From contig NC_083424.1 in NCBI RefSeq assembly GCF_020745735.1, forward strand, positions 48,470,999 through 48,534,998: a stretch of 64,000 nucleotides of DNA. The letters are read 5' to 3'. Positions 39,301-51,678 of this stretch are shown here, piece by piece (position 1 is the stretch's first letter; the number at the start of each line of letters is the position of its first letter). The notes beneath the pieces were generated by a model. It saw only the letters and a program-made list of their open reading frames with translations, was not told the origin of the DNA and did not search any database. This DNA comes from Hemiscyllium ocellatum. Lineage: Eukaryota. The position numbers and the translations under genes were made by a program.

Positions 39301-40222
39301 CCTGCCCTGACTGTTTGACTCTCTTCTGTACTCAACTGTACCAGTTTCAGATTGATCTCTTTCCTCACTATCTCCCTGAGTCCCACCTACCCCCACCTTG
39401 CCAGTTTAAATCCTCCTGAGCAGCTCTAGCAAATCCCCCTACCAATATATTAGTCCCCTTCCAATTAAGGTGCAATCTGTCCTTCTTGTACAGGTCACTT
39501 CTACCCCAAAAGTGATTCTAATGATCCAAAAATATAAATCCTTCTCCCATACACCAGCTCCTCAGTCATGCATTCATCTGCTCTATCCTCCTATTCCTGT
39601 TCTCACTAGCTCGTAGCACTGGGAGTATTCCAGATATTACTACTCTTGAGGATCTTCTTTTTAAATTCCTGCCTAACTCTTTGTACTCACCGTTCAGAAT
39701 CTCAACCTTTTCCCTTCCTATGCCCTTGGTTCCAATGTGGAAATAACCTCTTGCTGGCCCCTCGCCCTCTTGAGAACATTCTCCACCCTCTCTGAGACAC
39801 CCTTGATCCTGGCACCAGGGAAGCAGCACACCATTCTGATTTTTCGCTGCTGGCTGCAGAAACGTCTGCCTGTACCTCGGACTAGAGAATCCCCTAACAC
39901 AATTGATCTCTTAGAACCCAATGTACCCCTCGTTGAATAGAGCCAGTCTCAATACCAGAAACTTGGCTGTTCGTGCTACATTCCCCTGAGAATCCATTAC
40001 CCCCTACATTTTCCAAAACTGCATACTTGTTTGAAATAGGTATAGCCACAGAACACACCTGCACTAGGTGCCTCCCTCTCTTACCTTTCCTGGAGTTAAC
40101 CCATCTATGTGACTGTATCTGAGACTTGCCCCCTTCCTATAACTGCCATCCATCACATATGTTGCTGTTGCAAATTCCTCATTGCTTCTGTCTCTCCAAC
40201 CGATCCATTCCATCTGATAAGA
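36340..40222 (-). mobile_element. Near full-length CR1 LINE (ORF1 SGNH esterase, EN, RT), degenerate
   Basis: ORF1 VLGDSLVRG..VCCFPGARI..HIGT (39566-39921), EN 38541-39150, RT 37093-38134. Tail at 36340. Confidence 0.92.
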
Positions 40223-40976
40223 AACCTACACCCACACCTTCCCCTCGCCTCCATCCAAGCCTCCAAAGATCCTTCCACATTTGGCAGAGATTTTCCTGCA
40301 CATCCAAACAATTCTGGGTCATCCAAGATGGAGGACAGCAAAAATTTCTGGCTATAACGATGGCTCCTTTTTTGAGGTATTTTAGGTGCTGGAGGTGATT
40401 TCCTCGAATTGCAGGCGCAGCATTGTTTTGGAACTTTGGGGAAAAAAATGTCAAAACAACCAGAGTTTTAACAGGGAGAAGAACAGACAAAGGAAGCACG
40501 TGGTGAGGTCAGTGCAGGAGAGAGAGAAAGAGAGAGAAAAGAAAGAAACTGACACCAGAGTGAACCCGGCACAGTACTGCCTTCACTGTTTAAATTCATG
40601 TATTGCTGGACAACAGAGAGCATCTGGGAAAATTAACAAGCAGTGAAATTCACAGCTGATCTTGGAGGAATTGTTTGGGCGAAATTCACAGCACAGATCA
40701 GATAAGCTAATTGTTTTAAGTGGCCGACAGAAAGTCTGCAGTAGTGAGTAGAGTGCATTCTTTCTTGATTATATGTTTTTTGAGATTTGTCTCTTGATTT
40801 AACTTAAAATATAAGCTGTAACTATTAATCTAACCTGGGGCAGTGTTTTGTAGAGGAGTAAGACGATGTTATTTTCTGGGTCTGTAGATTGTGAAGGAGC
40901 AAAAATAGTCTTTATAGAGTGATATATGCTTCTTGTCAGATGTGGGAGTTTAAAGAGAGTTTAAGGGTTACTGCAG
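40223..40976 (+). mobile_element. Inverted block: Penelope piece (40223-40310) joined to CR1 5' UTR/ORF1 start (40311-40976)
   Basis: Both pieces continue the - strand elements at 36339 and 40222 but lie in the opposite orientation. Confidence 0.75.
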
Positions 40977-41220
40977 CTCATTCCATACACATACCACCCT
41001 CTGTGTAAAAAAGTTGCTCTGTAGATCACTTTTATATCTTTTCCCTCTCACTCTAAATCTATGCCCTCTTGTTCTGGACTCCCCGAATCCAGGGAAAAGC
41101 TTTGTCTATTTACCCTATCCATGCCCTTCATAATTTTGTAAACCTCTATAAGTTCACCCCTCAGCCTCCAATGCTCCAGGGAAAACAGCCCCAGCCTGTT
41201 CAGCCTCTCCCTATAGCCAA
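40977..41220 (-). mobile_element. CR1 3' fragment
   Basis: ORF 41048 (RLNRLGLFSLEHWRLRGELIEVYKIMKG). Confidence 0.8.
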
Positions 41221-42068
41221 TTAGGGATAGGCAATAAATGCTGGCCCAGCTAGTGACACCCACATCCAATTACTAAAAAATAGTTCCTGATACGCTAGAG
41301 ATCTTCCAAGGTTGATGCATGTTATAGTGCATGCTTACCCTTGGAAATGTGATTTCAATTTGATGTGTTCCGTTTAAAACTTATATGTGTGACACAATAA
41401 CACAACGTGCATCTTTTAATGGGCTATTTAACTGACAACTTTCATGCACCTTCTGCTGTCCTTTTACTTCTTTTATCAACCTGGAGATCACAAGTGTTGG
41501 TAGTTCCGACAGTGTAGTCTAACCATGATTCTAAACAAGTTGAACAGAACCTTCTGTCATTCCTCTAAGAAAACGTTTATGTGGCCCTGCACTGCTTTAA
41601 AATGTGCGGTATGTATTAACTGATGCTGGGTTTCAGTAAGAGGCAAGTTTGTGCCAATGAACCTGATAATGAACTGTATGGAGTCAACACCCTGAAAGGC
41701 AAGTTGCCTGACGCGAGTGGAAAATTCAACACTTTTGGAAAACTCACTTGGTTTCAAACTAGAAACTACAGCATATTTAAAATTATTATTTTTCCGTTGA
41801 GTCATTCTGATTAAATAGCAAGGCAATCAAAAAGGATTGCCATTTTGGGATTGGGGAGTGTAAAGAAATGACACATGTTTATCTTGCGCTGTTCACAGCT
41901 TTGGAACGTTGCCAGGTTTCATCGCCAATAAAATACTGTCTAACTGTGGCCTCAACTCCACTTTGCCATCTATTCTCGACAACTATTCATTCCCCGTTCT
42001 CTACCTCATGCTTAAAAATATTCAGTGATCCAGCGTCTCAAGTGGATGACCTCTTACTTTTACACTCT

Positions 42069-42285
42069 GGGGCGGCACGGTGGCACAGTGGTTAGCACTG
42101 CTGCCTCATAGCGCCAGAGACCCGGGTTCAATTCCCGCCTCAGGCGACTGACTGTGTAGAGTTTGCACGTTCTCCACGTGTTTGGGTGGGTTTCCTCCCA
42201 CAGTCCAAAAATATGCTAAATAGTATTAGATAAGGGGTGAGTTGCGGGTCGGAAGGGCCTGTTTCTACACTGTAAGTAATCTAAC
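42069..42285 (+). mobile_element. tRNA-derived V-SINE (HE1-like)
   Basis: Pol III A box (tggcacagtgg) and B box (ggttcaattcc), V-SINE core gtgtagagtttgcacgttctcc, and (aatct) tail. Confidence 0.8.
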
Positions 42286-42639
42286 CTTAATGTCTCTCTC
42301 AAAATAACATCTGCTCACTTCTCTCATTGTGTTGCTTGAACTCCCTTGAGACCCAATGTATTTTTAGAATTTCGAGAAGTCAATATTTAAATATGTGATT
42401 TTTTTTCTCTGTATTTTTCACAACTGTCCAGCAGACGGGTTCCCTTGCCCAGGATAACGTCACAAATCCAACAAACTCTTGCAAATCCACAAGCTAACAA
42501 GAAAACAGCAACTGTTGGAGGTACACACAGAAGTCAGTCGGTATCTGCCTGTGTGCCGTCCCTTTCTGACACTCTCCCTTTGAAACCCAATTTGACCTTC
42601 GTGTTGCGAGCTATACAACATTTTGCGTACTCACAGTAT

Positions 42640-42645
42640 TTTATT
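42640..42645 (-). terminator. Polyadenylation signal AATAAA of the Ig light chain gene
   Basis: TTTATT on the + strand about 210 bp downstream of the C-exon stop. Confidence 0.55.
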
Positions 42646-42856
42646 ATTTAATCAGGCCCAAAAATAAGACATTAATACAGTACACGGAAATACAATGACG
42701 TTATTTTGCTTAAAGGTATGAGTGTCAAGCACCCTTTTCAAAAAGTTAACATTGTAAAAATTGCATGAAATTCATATCAAGGAACAGCAGAAAGTTTTTT
42801 TTTAAACAATAATACAGAAAATATGTTTTTAACAATAAAGCATTTTAACATCTTCA

Positions 42857-43185
42857 TCACATGCAGCTTGATTTCGTGATGCTTTGCTCAAGTGTGGAGC
42901 TGAGGGTCTGGTGTTGCACTCCGCAGGAGTAAAGCTCGTGTGAGGTCCACTCAGAAGCTGGCAGGGTGAGGTAACTGCTTACACTGTACGTCTGGTCAGA
43001 GTCCTGTAGGGTTGAGCTCGTCTGGATGCCGGTCTGCCTGACTTCGCCGTCCACACTCCACACCAACGTCACCGACTCCGGGTAGAAATGACTGACCATA
43101 CACACCAGCGTCGCCTCGTTGGCTGTCGCAATCTGCTGTTCCGATGGGGGGAGGAGCAACACTGTGGGCTTCTTTGGCTGACGAC
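42857..43185 (-). CDS. IGL: Immunoglobulin lambda-like light chain constant exon
   Basis: (S)RQPKKPTVLLLPPS..ATLVC..W..YSVSSYLTL..SHELYSC..SSCM*. C1-set motif with terminal interchain Cys. Acceptor tttcgcttctag, phase 1. Confidence 0.95.
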
Positions 43186-46100
43186 CTAGAAGCGAAAGAT
43201 GAAAGATTGCTTATAAGTTCACATACACATCTGAATTATAAACTGTGTCAAACACATTGAAACACCAAAACGTATTTAATTCTGAGCTGCAGAGACCTGT
43301 ATCCGCCAGAGGTTTACGTTTCTGTGAAATTTCACTTGAGTACAAATGTCAGCACGTTCAAGGAACATGTAGAAAATCGAATTTCTTTAAACTGCATATA
43401 GAAAAAGAATCCTTCTGTCACTTAATGTCTTGCTGGAGAGGGCCGGAGGGTCTGGAAATATACTTCGGTTAAAAGAGTTCATTTTGGGGAACTAGCTCTC
43501 AAAAATCCAAGTACATATGTGCGCAGGTAAAGGGTCAGATTCTGGGAGGCTGCGTGTTGAGATCACTGCAGTATCAAACGCTGTGTCCCAGTAAAGTGGT
43601 AGTCATGACTTTCCACCGTGAGGTGAAAGGAGGCCAGTTCAAATTCAAGCCAAAATCATCAAGGCTCCGCTTGGTTGTGGGGCAGTGGCCGTGTCCCTCT
43701 CTCTTGAAGCTAAGGGACTCAGTTTCAAGTCCGAATCACTCGGGCAGTGTGTAATAAACGGACACTCTGCTTATTGGCAATCAGGGAACAGAAGCTAGCG
43801 CAAAGTCCTTTTATTTAATTCAAAAACGGAAATTGCTGGGAAAACTCAGCAGGTCTGGCAGAACCAAAGAAGGGCCATTGGGACGTTAACTCTCCATTCT
43901 TTCCAAAGATACTTCACACTCGGAGTCCCTCGCACTCACATCCTTCCTAATAAACATCCCTTATGTATTTGTGTAGACAATTTCAAGCAGAAAATACGTC
44001 TATACCACGAGGATGCTATTTTAAACTTGACTGCCCGTGACTGAGACTGACTTGAATTGCGCTAGTAATGTGCACAGACTTCCACTGATATCAAGCAAAG
44101 ACAGCTTTCCCCAACATTGTATTTTTGACATATCCTTAGTCCGGTCAGCCTGAATTGATGTGAAACTAAACATTTGTAATATTTATTTCAACTCTATTGT
44201 GATGTGTGCTGATATCTGAGATCATTAATCAAGTTTTAGGATAATTGGACAATAATGCTTCAGGATGGTGATGTAATCACAAATTAACTTCGAATTACAG
44301 GAGACTTGGCTTCTGGATATTCACACATGTCGGCTATTAGATGCGGTAAAGGGTAGCAACGAGAGTACTGTGATGCAGTGTCCCGACCTCTGAGCCTGTG
44401 TCCAACTCCGGGGATGTATAATCACACTTGGAAACAAAAATGATCTGCAAAGGATTGCATCAATTCGACTTTTGACCCAATAAGACCGAATATCATCAAT
44501 ATAAATAATCCTTCACGAGGACTTTTAAATTGTTTTAGTTATATTTTAGATTGATTATCCCAGACATCACTCGATTGAATTGTGTTTACATCTATGAAAA
44601 CTTCTGACTATTTGACTACTAGCAATGCCTGAACAAAGTTGAGCAGAGTTATCTCGAGGGAATCATCAGTTGTGTATGCCTATTCCTTTATCTAAGAGGT
44701 TCACGAGAAAATTACTGAACACCTTTTCATACATACACCTGTAACTGTAGCAGAAACGTTTTTAAATTATTTGTGTTGACTAAGAGTATATGTTTTCAAT
44801 TATCAGTTTTCCCTAACGTGACGACTTTGACTTTGACTCAGTAAATTCCAAACTACATTGTGCAATTTATCTTACTTTTACCAGTAAAATACGTTACCGG
44901 GATCACCATACCCATTCCAATCGTCCAGATGTTGCCAAATTCTGCTGAGGGCTCCAATTTTCCCGAGATTAGTCCCAAATTACAACGGGAGAGAGGGAAT
45001 GCCCCTGCGAGAGAACCCCCCCCACGCCCACGCACCCCCAAATTCCTCAGAAAATCAGAATTGAATATGCCTCCACTACAGCCTCAGAGAGCACATATCC
45101 CCTGAACGCACCGTGCCTAAAATGTTTCTCCTCGCGTCACCCATGGTTCTTTCACCGTAAATCGGTGTTGTTTGGTTTGCCATCATTCGAGCAATTTCTC
45201 CCAGTGGATCCAGCCTAGACATTGCATGGTTCTCGACGTCCCCATCAAATCTTGTCAACTCCTCATTTTCTTTCAGGAGGCCACTCTCTGTTGCTTCAAT
45301 GAAACTGCCTCACTAAACCTCCCTAATAGTGGAGCCATTTTCACGTAAGTTTTCTTTGCTTATCACCCTCTAAAACCCCCACCATTCCTGCCAACTTGAT
45401 CCCAAGCACCCGATGTAGCCAGTTCAGTGTTTTATGAAAGTTGATCATAATTTCCTTGCTTTTGTAATCCGTTTGTTGATCTTCAAGCCCAGAATTCCGA
45501 AAAACTTGTTTTTATTAAAAAGAGATGCTCAGCCTGCCCTGTCTTTAAATATCCATCTTGTGCCCTCAACTCCCAGTGCCTCTCTCTGTTTCTATGCCCC
45601 ACCGTACAATTACATCCACTGTTTCATATTACTTCATCCTACTCCCCCGTACAAGTACAACTTCACACCTCCCTCCATTCACGGCCCATCGGCCTCGTCA
45701 GACTTGAAATTTATCATTACCTTCCTCACAACTCACAACAGTCGCAAACCTTTTCATCAGCCAAGCGTTGAAAATGTGTCGAGTATACCAAAGTCCACTT
45801 TATTCCTACAGATACAGTCAGCAACAATCCCAGGGAGGACTGCACTGTATACACTCCTGTAGCCCAGAAAGTAACCCTTCACCGGAACTCAGTAGTCTGA
45901 CGTCCAATCCACTCCCTGAACTCGCTGTTCCTTTTAGTTCATGGGTTTCACTTTGGCAAACCCATCATATCGGTGCCTGATTTTTCAAAAGACCAGCATA
46001 TGTTGTCTGATAACAGAACCAGTTGAGTCCTTTTTCAAAATATGTGGGATACTATTTTGTTGAATTTGGAGCAAGGCTAGTCCAGGGGCCGTTTCTGGGA

Positions 46101-47089
46101 CACATTTCCTTCCGGGACTCACCTGGAGACTTCTAGTCACTCCAATTCTACCTGCCGATGTGCAACATTGTCATGAATTCTCATGTTACAATTTACACCG
46201 ATAGTATGCAAAACGAAACAATGTTTAGCCCATTTCTACATGGTTTCCCTTCATATCCCAGAAGTTTTGAGGGGAGATCGGCCTAATTCTGGTATTTTAC
46301 TGACCCTTTTGGATGTGGTTTTGGCAGGGGAGGGGGTGTGACGCCGGGACATTCGGAATATAACGTATCGGATGGTCCCCTGACTGGTTCCCGTCAACAT
46401 GGGCTTTTCCCAGACGGCTCCCCAGCGTTAATGGCTGTCCGCTCAGGCAGTGGTGGGGAGCGGAGCAGAGAATTAGCTCCAAGTCGGCACTGTGGTGCTT
46501 TTCTACGCAGGAGGCGAGCAGACCCCTCCGTCTGTGTGACCGAGGCAACTTTAGGCAGTCCATTTGAAGCTTTGTGGCGATCGCTTCATAATACAGCTCT
46601 CCACCTGCCTCACAGCTCTCACCTCCCCCCATGGAGGCTGCCCGCAAACCACTTTCCCCCCCAACTCCAAATAGAAGGTAACTCCGGGGGGCTGGAGAGA
46701 TGGGGTCACTCACCGGCCGCTTGGCTTAACGATACGCTAGCGATTGTGCGGCTCGAACAGGCGGGCTGTGGACCCGGCGCTGTTCCCGACCTTCGCCTGG
46801 AGAGTTAAAATAATCTGTGGTCTTTAGTTGAGTGACTGATTGTAGAGAATTATTGAGGATTGGAAGAGGCTTGGAACACGACTGAACGTTTAGTTTACAC
46901 TTAGTTGAGAGAAACTCCGAGTTCCAGTGCGAAAACACGTTTCCGTTTCCAACCTTCACCTCATTTCAAAATACTTGGATTGAAACCGGTCCATGTCATT
47001 GGTTATTGGAGAACACATGCTGGGACTTCAAAACAAAACTTCATAATACTATAATAGTATCTGACCTATTAAATATTATCACATACAAT

Positions 47090-47280
47090 CGAGAGTCCTT
47101 AAAGTGTGGCGCTGGAAAAAGCACAACAGGACAGGAAACATCTGAGGAGCAGGACAGTCAACTTTTCGGGCATAAGTCCTTCATCAGGACTCCCCGTGTG
47201 CTGCCTGACCTGGTATGCTTTTTGCAGCGCCACGTTTTATGGACTCTGACTCTTCAGCATCTGCAGTCCTCACTATCTCC
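47090..47280 (-). mobile_element. Penelope terminal-repeat fragment with hammerhead motif (47155-47192)
   Basis: - strand GAGUC CUGAUGA AGGAC UUAU GCCC GAAA AGUU GACUG. Confidence 0.65.
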
Positions 47281-48025
47281 TAGTTGCTGCTCACATACAA
47301 TTCAACCTGGTATTGCAATTTTAGCGACAAATCGTCTTTTCCTCCTGGACTACTAGTAGCTCTTAAAATAACAGTTTTAACCTGAGCAACAGCATGGGAC
47401 TGTTTACCTACAGTGATGATTTAATATAGTTTAGGCTTACCTCATCCAGTACAAACAATATATTTGGCTCGTAACAGTGCAGGTCAACTCATAATCACCG
47501 AATATGGAGAAGGAGCAGTAATGGAAAGAGGGGCAAATTCGAAGAACAAATGCTTATCATTGTGTCCTCCAAGAAGCTATAAGCTTCCTCTTTGATTGCG
47601 TGATAAGTTAGAGCTACCAAAGGGAACCAGGTTTACAGAGAATGCATTCAACATCGAGTTATTTCTTTATAAGGTGTCGCTTAGTTCAGTTGCCTGGATG
47701 GCTGTTAAGCGGGGGTTCAATTTTTGGACCAGTTGAGGTTACCATGACAGGTCCAGCTTTTCAACCTCTCCCCTCAGGTTAAACCAGCTCCACTTCTCTC
47801 TCTCTCTCGCTAATGTGTGAACCGTCCTCTGGGAATATTACTCTTTTGACATCGCATTGTAATTTTAAATAAAAAAAAACTGATTCGATAGTTTGCTTAT
47901 TGTAGCAGCGGGCCAAACAGATTCAGTCTCAGAGGAATACTTCTGTCGGAAATTGACAAAACAAACTTTGCATTTATGTGCTGAAAAACAATTTGATTTA
48001 GAGGTGTAAAGAATAAGTCACTTAC

Positions 48026-48370
48026 TCGGAATATTTAGCCTGGTTCCGCTCCCGAAGTACCCGATGTCGCTAACGTCATATGAGCAACAGTAATAATCGC
48101 CAGCGTCCTCCGGCTGCACGTTAGCGATGGTCAAATATCCCACGTTGGTTGATTCTTCTTCTAAGCCGGTAAATCTGTCCGGGATACCCTCACCTCTGTT
48201 ATCAGTCCCATACAGAATAAACCTTGGGGCGCTGTCCCGTTTCTGGTGGTACCAATGAACATATCTTTTTGAAAGGCTGATTCCGTGGACTGTACAGGTC
48301 AGGCGAACAGTTTCTCCAGGTGTTGTGGACTCGGAAGCTGGTTGGACCAAGCGGACCTCCGCGCTCGTGT
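48026..48370 (-). CDS. IGL: Germline-joined VJ exon of the lambda-like light chain
   Basis: EVRLVQP..LTC..WYHQK..GIPDRF..EDAGDYYC CSYDVSDIGY FGSGTRLNIP. No RSS between V and J. Acceptor ctgttttacag, donor A|gtaagt, phase matches C. Confidence 0.95.
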
Positions 48371-48526
48371 CTGTAAAACAGATAAACCATTTCATGATTA
48401 AAATTCGCCCGGACAAAATGAACATCCATCGACGACGTTACATTCAGATCATATCAGACTGTGGAATAGGCTTTACTTAAAAAAATCCTAATACTAAATA
48501 AATTACAAATATTTGGTGACACTTAC

Positions 48527-48572
48527 AGGTCAGACCAATTGTGAGCAAAAGCAGAACAAGAATAGCGGCCAT
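48527..48572 (-). CDS. IGL: Leader exon of the light chain (MAAILVLLLLTIGLT)
   Basis: ATG at 48572, 46 nt, donor T|gtaagt. Splices in frame to YTSA-EVRLVQ. Confidence 0.92.
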
Positions 48573-48628
48573 TGTGACGGTGCTGTTGAAGTATGAATAT
48601 CCAATGTTTCTGATCAGTGAATGTAAAC

Positions 48629-48684
48629 TTTTATATCAAAGGTTGGACCAACTTAAACATCGCCGTCTTATTAAATATGCAAAT
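48629..48684 (-). promoter_or_regulatory. Ig light chain promoter: octamer ATTTGCAT (48677-48684) and TATAAAA (48629-48635)
   Basis: Perfect octamer in light-chain orientation about 105 bp upstream of ATG. TATA about 42 bp downstream of it. Confidence 0.85.
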
Positions 48685-49159
48685 ATAATGTCCTCCCGAA
48701 AGCGTCGATTGGCCACCGGAGCAGCATCCAGATTCTTGTAACCAATTGCATCAGTCACAATGATTCCAAACAGTAAAGTCACACGATAGAATTCAGCTTG
48801 TCCACTCACCCTCCTCCTCACTGAGACGTTCCCCTTTACATTATCGCTGTGACTTAAACAAAAGTCCAAAGGTTGAAATAGTTCCAAGCTCATATTTTGT
48901 AAAACCTAAAATTTGATCATATTTTATACTTCGAATTGGTTGTCCCTTATCAACATTAGTACCGTTTATTTTGCACTTAAAATATGTAGTGAGGTGTTTT
49001 AACGTGTGGAAAGTGCAAAGTACCGCAACTGTCATTTACTGATAAATTTATAAAATTCTAACCTTCCATTTTTAAAAAAAACAGTTAGTGCTTAGTGGTA
49101 GATTAATTGAATTCACTCATCTGAAATATCCAAGATTAAAAATAATTAACCACAGTCCA

Positions 49160-49325
49160 AAAATGTGCAGGTTAGGTGAATTGGCCATGCTAAATTGTCC
49201 GTAGTGTTAGGTGAAGGGATAAATGTAGGGGAATGGGTCTGGTTGGGTCGCTTGTCGGAGGGTCGGTGTGGACTTGTTGGGCCGAAGGGCCTGTTTCCAC
49301 ACTGTAAGTAATCTAATCTAATCTA
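49160..49325 (+). mobile_element. V-SINE 3' half
   Basis: gatgtgcaggttaggtgaattggccatgc...ccacactgtaagtaatctaatct. Confidence 0.75.
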
Positions 49326-49882
49326 ATTTGTTAACTCTATTTTTACCCTTGCTGTCACATCGCTGGAATGCTCCTTTAATTCACACATTTCCAGCAAAAA
49401 TTAATTGTAACATTTCTGGGCTTTCAGGCATTGATATTAGTACAAAGGGTAGTTCTTTCACGAACTGACCTCCCTTATATGTGTCATGGGGTAACATTCA
49501 TGAGGTATTGCTAAACAATACAGATGTTTCGCCGAAGGAATGGAAAAGGGTTGATGCTGCCTGTAGGACGCCATCGCGGAAACAGGGCCACAGCAAATTC
49601 CATTTATGGCGAATTTCCAAATGTTTTAAATCGAATAGTCGCAAAAGGTCGGTCTTCTGAATTGAACAAATTGTTGTTCGAGTAACGTAACGTCTTTAAG
49701 TTGTAGTTCTCGGGGCTCCAGACTTCTCCTGTGTATTTACATTAGCATCGAATAAAGTTGACAATTCGAAATTTAAAGGGTGTAAGAGTAATATTATTAT
49801 CAATCACTGAGAGTTGTGAGGGGTTCATGTTTTGTTTGCAGTCCTCTGACTTAGATGCTGTCTTTGTCACCATTTTTAGAAC

Positions 49883-49892
49883 GGGAAATCCC
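49883..49892. promoter_or_regulatory. NF-kB consensus site GGGAAATCCC
   Basis: Exact match to GGGRNWYYCC, 1.3 kb upstream of the IgL ATG. Function untested. Confidence 0.3.
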
Positions 49893-51678
49893 CGGACAGG
49901 AGCTGCTCAGAGATAAGCAATGCAGTCAGCTTTTGGTAAAGCACAAAATAAGCAAATGTCAACGATATATTTAGTGTTTCTATATGTACACGCTGTTACA
50001 CTGAAGTCGGATATTCCACGTGTATAATGCACGATAACCTACTCATCTAACAGTATCTTCTTGCAACTTGTATCGTGTAATAAAATTACACTCAATCGTG
50101 AGATTTTTGTGCCACTTATTGTTGAAGTCAAAATTGCCCTCCCTTACTCGTGTGTTCCATTATAGACCTACAAAATAACGGGCTACATTTCAGTGGGATG
50201 TATCACTGTTTTGGCTTCATTCCTTCCCCTCCCAGCCACCCAGCCCAAACTTGTTGTGTTGGAGATTCGAAATATGCTGGAGAAACTGAGCAGCCCTGGC
50301 GGCATCTATAGAGGAAACAACAGCGAACGCTTCGATTTCAACATGTCTCTTCTTCAAAAGATTATACTTCTGAGTTCTGAAGAATCCAATTGGACTGGGA
50401 ACATTAGCCTTGTTTCTCTGTCTGGTGCTCCCTGAGCTGCGGAGCTTCTCCAGCATTTTCTGCTCTTCTTTCTGCCAGAGGAGCTGTTAACAATACAGAC
50501 ACTTCAACCTCGCACATGAGCGACTGGCTAATTCTCAACTTAAGCTGCACCTTGCAATAGGCAACACTGCTTTAACAATATGACAAAAAGCGGTAGTTCA
50601 CGAACGCAGCAATCACATTATCTTGATGCCGATGTACTAGACTGTCCTGCTAGGATTTTGTAGGACTAAACGGTTGAAAAGGGACTCTTGTAGAACTGCT
50701 TATTCATTGCCTAAGAAATCCGAATCGGAACGCCAAATTGTCAATGTCAAATCCAGGAGCAGAGGCGCCTTTAGACAAATTCCTTCAGCAAATGCGCTCT
50801 TGGTCTTCCCCTCTCTGAGGTGAACAAACCCGGTTTGTCAAATCTATCCAGAAGTTGAAGTCTCTCATCACTAGACCATTTCTCAAAACTCTTTTCTGAA
50901 TCAGGTTGAGTAGTTCCACAACCGCCCGGCAATATGTGGCTCAGAATTGAACACGATACGGCAGCTGAGGCCAGGCAAGGCTTAATGAAGTTACACCATA
51001 AACTCTTTGGTTTTATACTTTGAGATTCTTTATAAAGCGCAGGCTCTGTGTCAAATTTGAACTGATTTCTCAGTCTGCCCTATCACCTACAACGAATTGC
51101 GCACATCTGCTCCAGGGCCCCTGATCCTATAGAAATATATATTTTTATACGCTTTTTCATTACTTTCCCGCTTCACTTTCCTATCAAAATCTTCATCGCT
51201 CCACCAATGCTGCCAGACCTTCTCAGTTTCTCCAGCACTTTTTATTTCGACCCCACAGCATTATTCTGAACCTCAGAATTATTTAGCAAGTGATGTTACC
51301 ATTAGTCACTGTCTCCACCAAACAAAAATGAGTACATAGCCATTATACTAACCTCTATTCCTATTTTTCTCTGACGCACTTATTTGTATTTTCTTTCATT
51401 TTCTCATTATCCTTCCTTTCACAGCTTACATCTGTCTTCGATTGCCTGCAAAGGTATGCACGCAGTCTCAATATTTTCTACGTCTACCCATTCCTCCAAG
51501 TTAACCATGATTAGTTTCTCTTCGATCTCAAATCCATCTTCATGTTTTATTTCCAAACTTTTCCTCCATAAAATTTCATGGTTTTCACACCAAGATAAGT
51601 AAAGCCGAAACAGGCCAAGCAATCAGTTAAGTTTATTCCTGATTTGGAGATGCTGGTTTTGGACTGGGATGTACAAAG

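Noticed and set aside
42069-42140. tRNA-like sequence
   Set aside because: It is the head of a SINE, followed directly by the V-SINE core; not a tRNA gene.
46297-46808. Overlapping 138-aa and 156-aa ORFs
   Set aside because: Expected by chance in GC-rich DNA; no motif recognised.
47437-47560. Strong - strand donor GAG|gtaagc as a second leader or J exon
   Set aside because: Upstream ATGs hit stops; no J motif or RSS.
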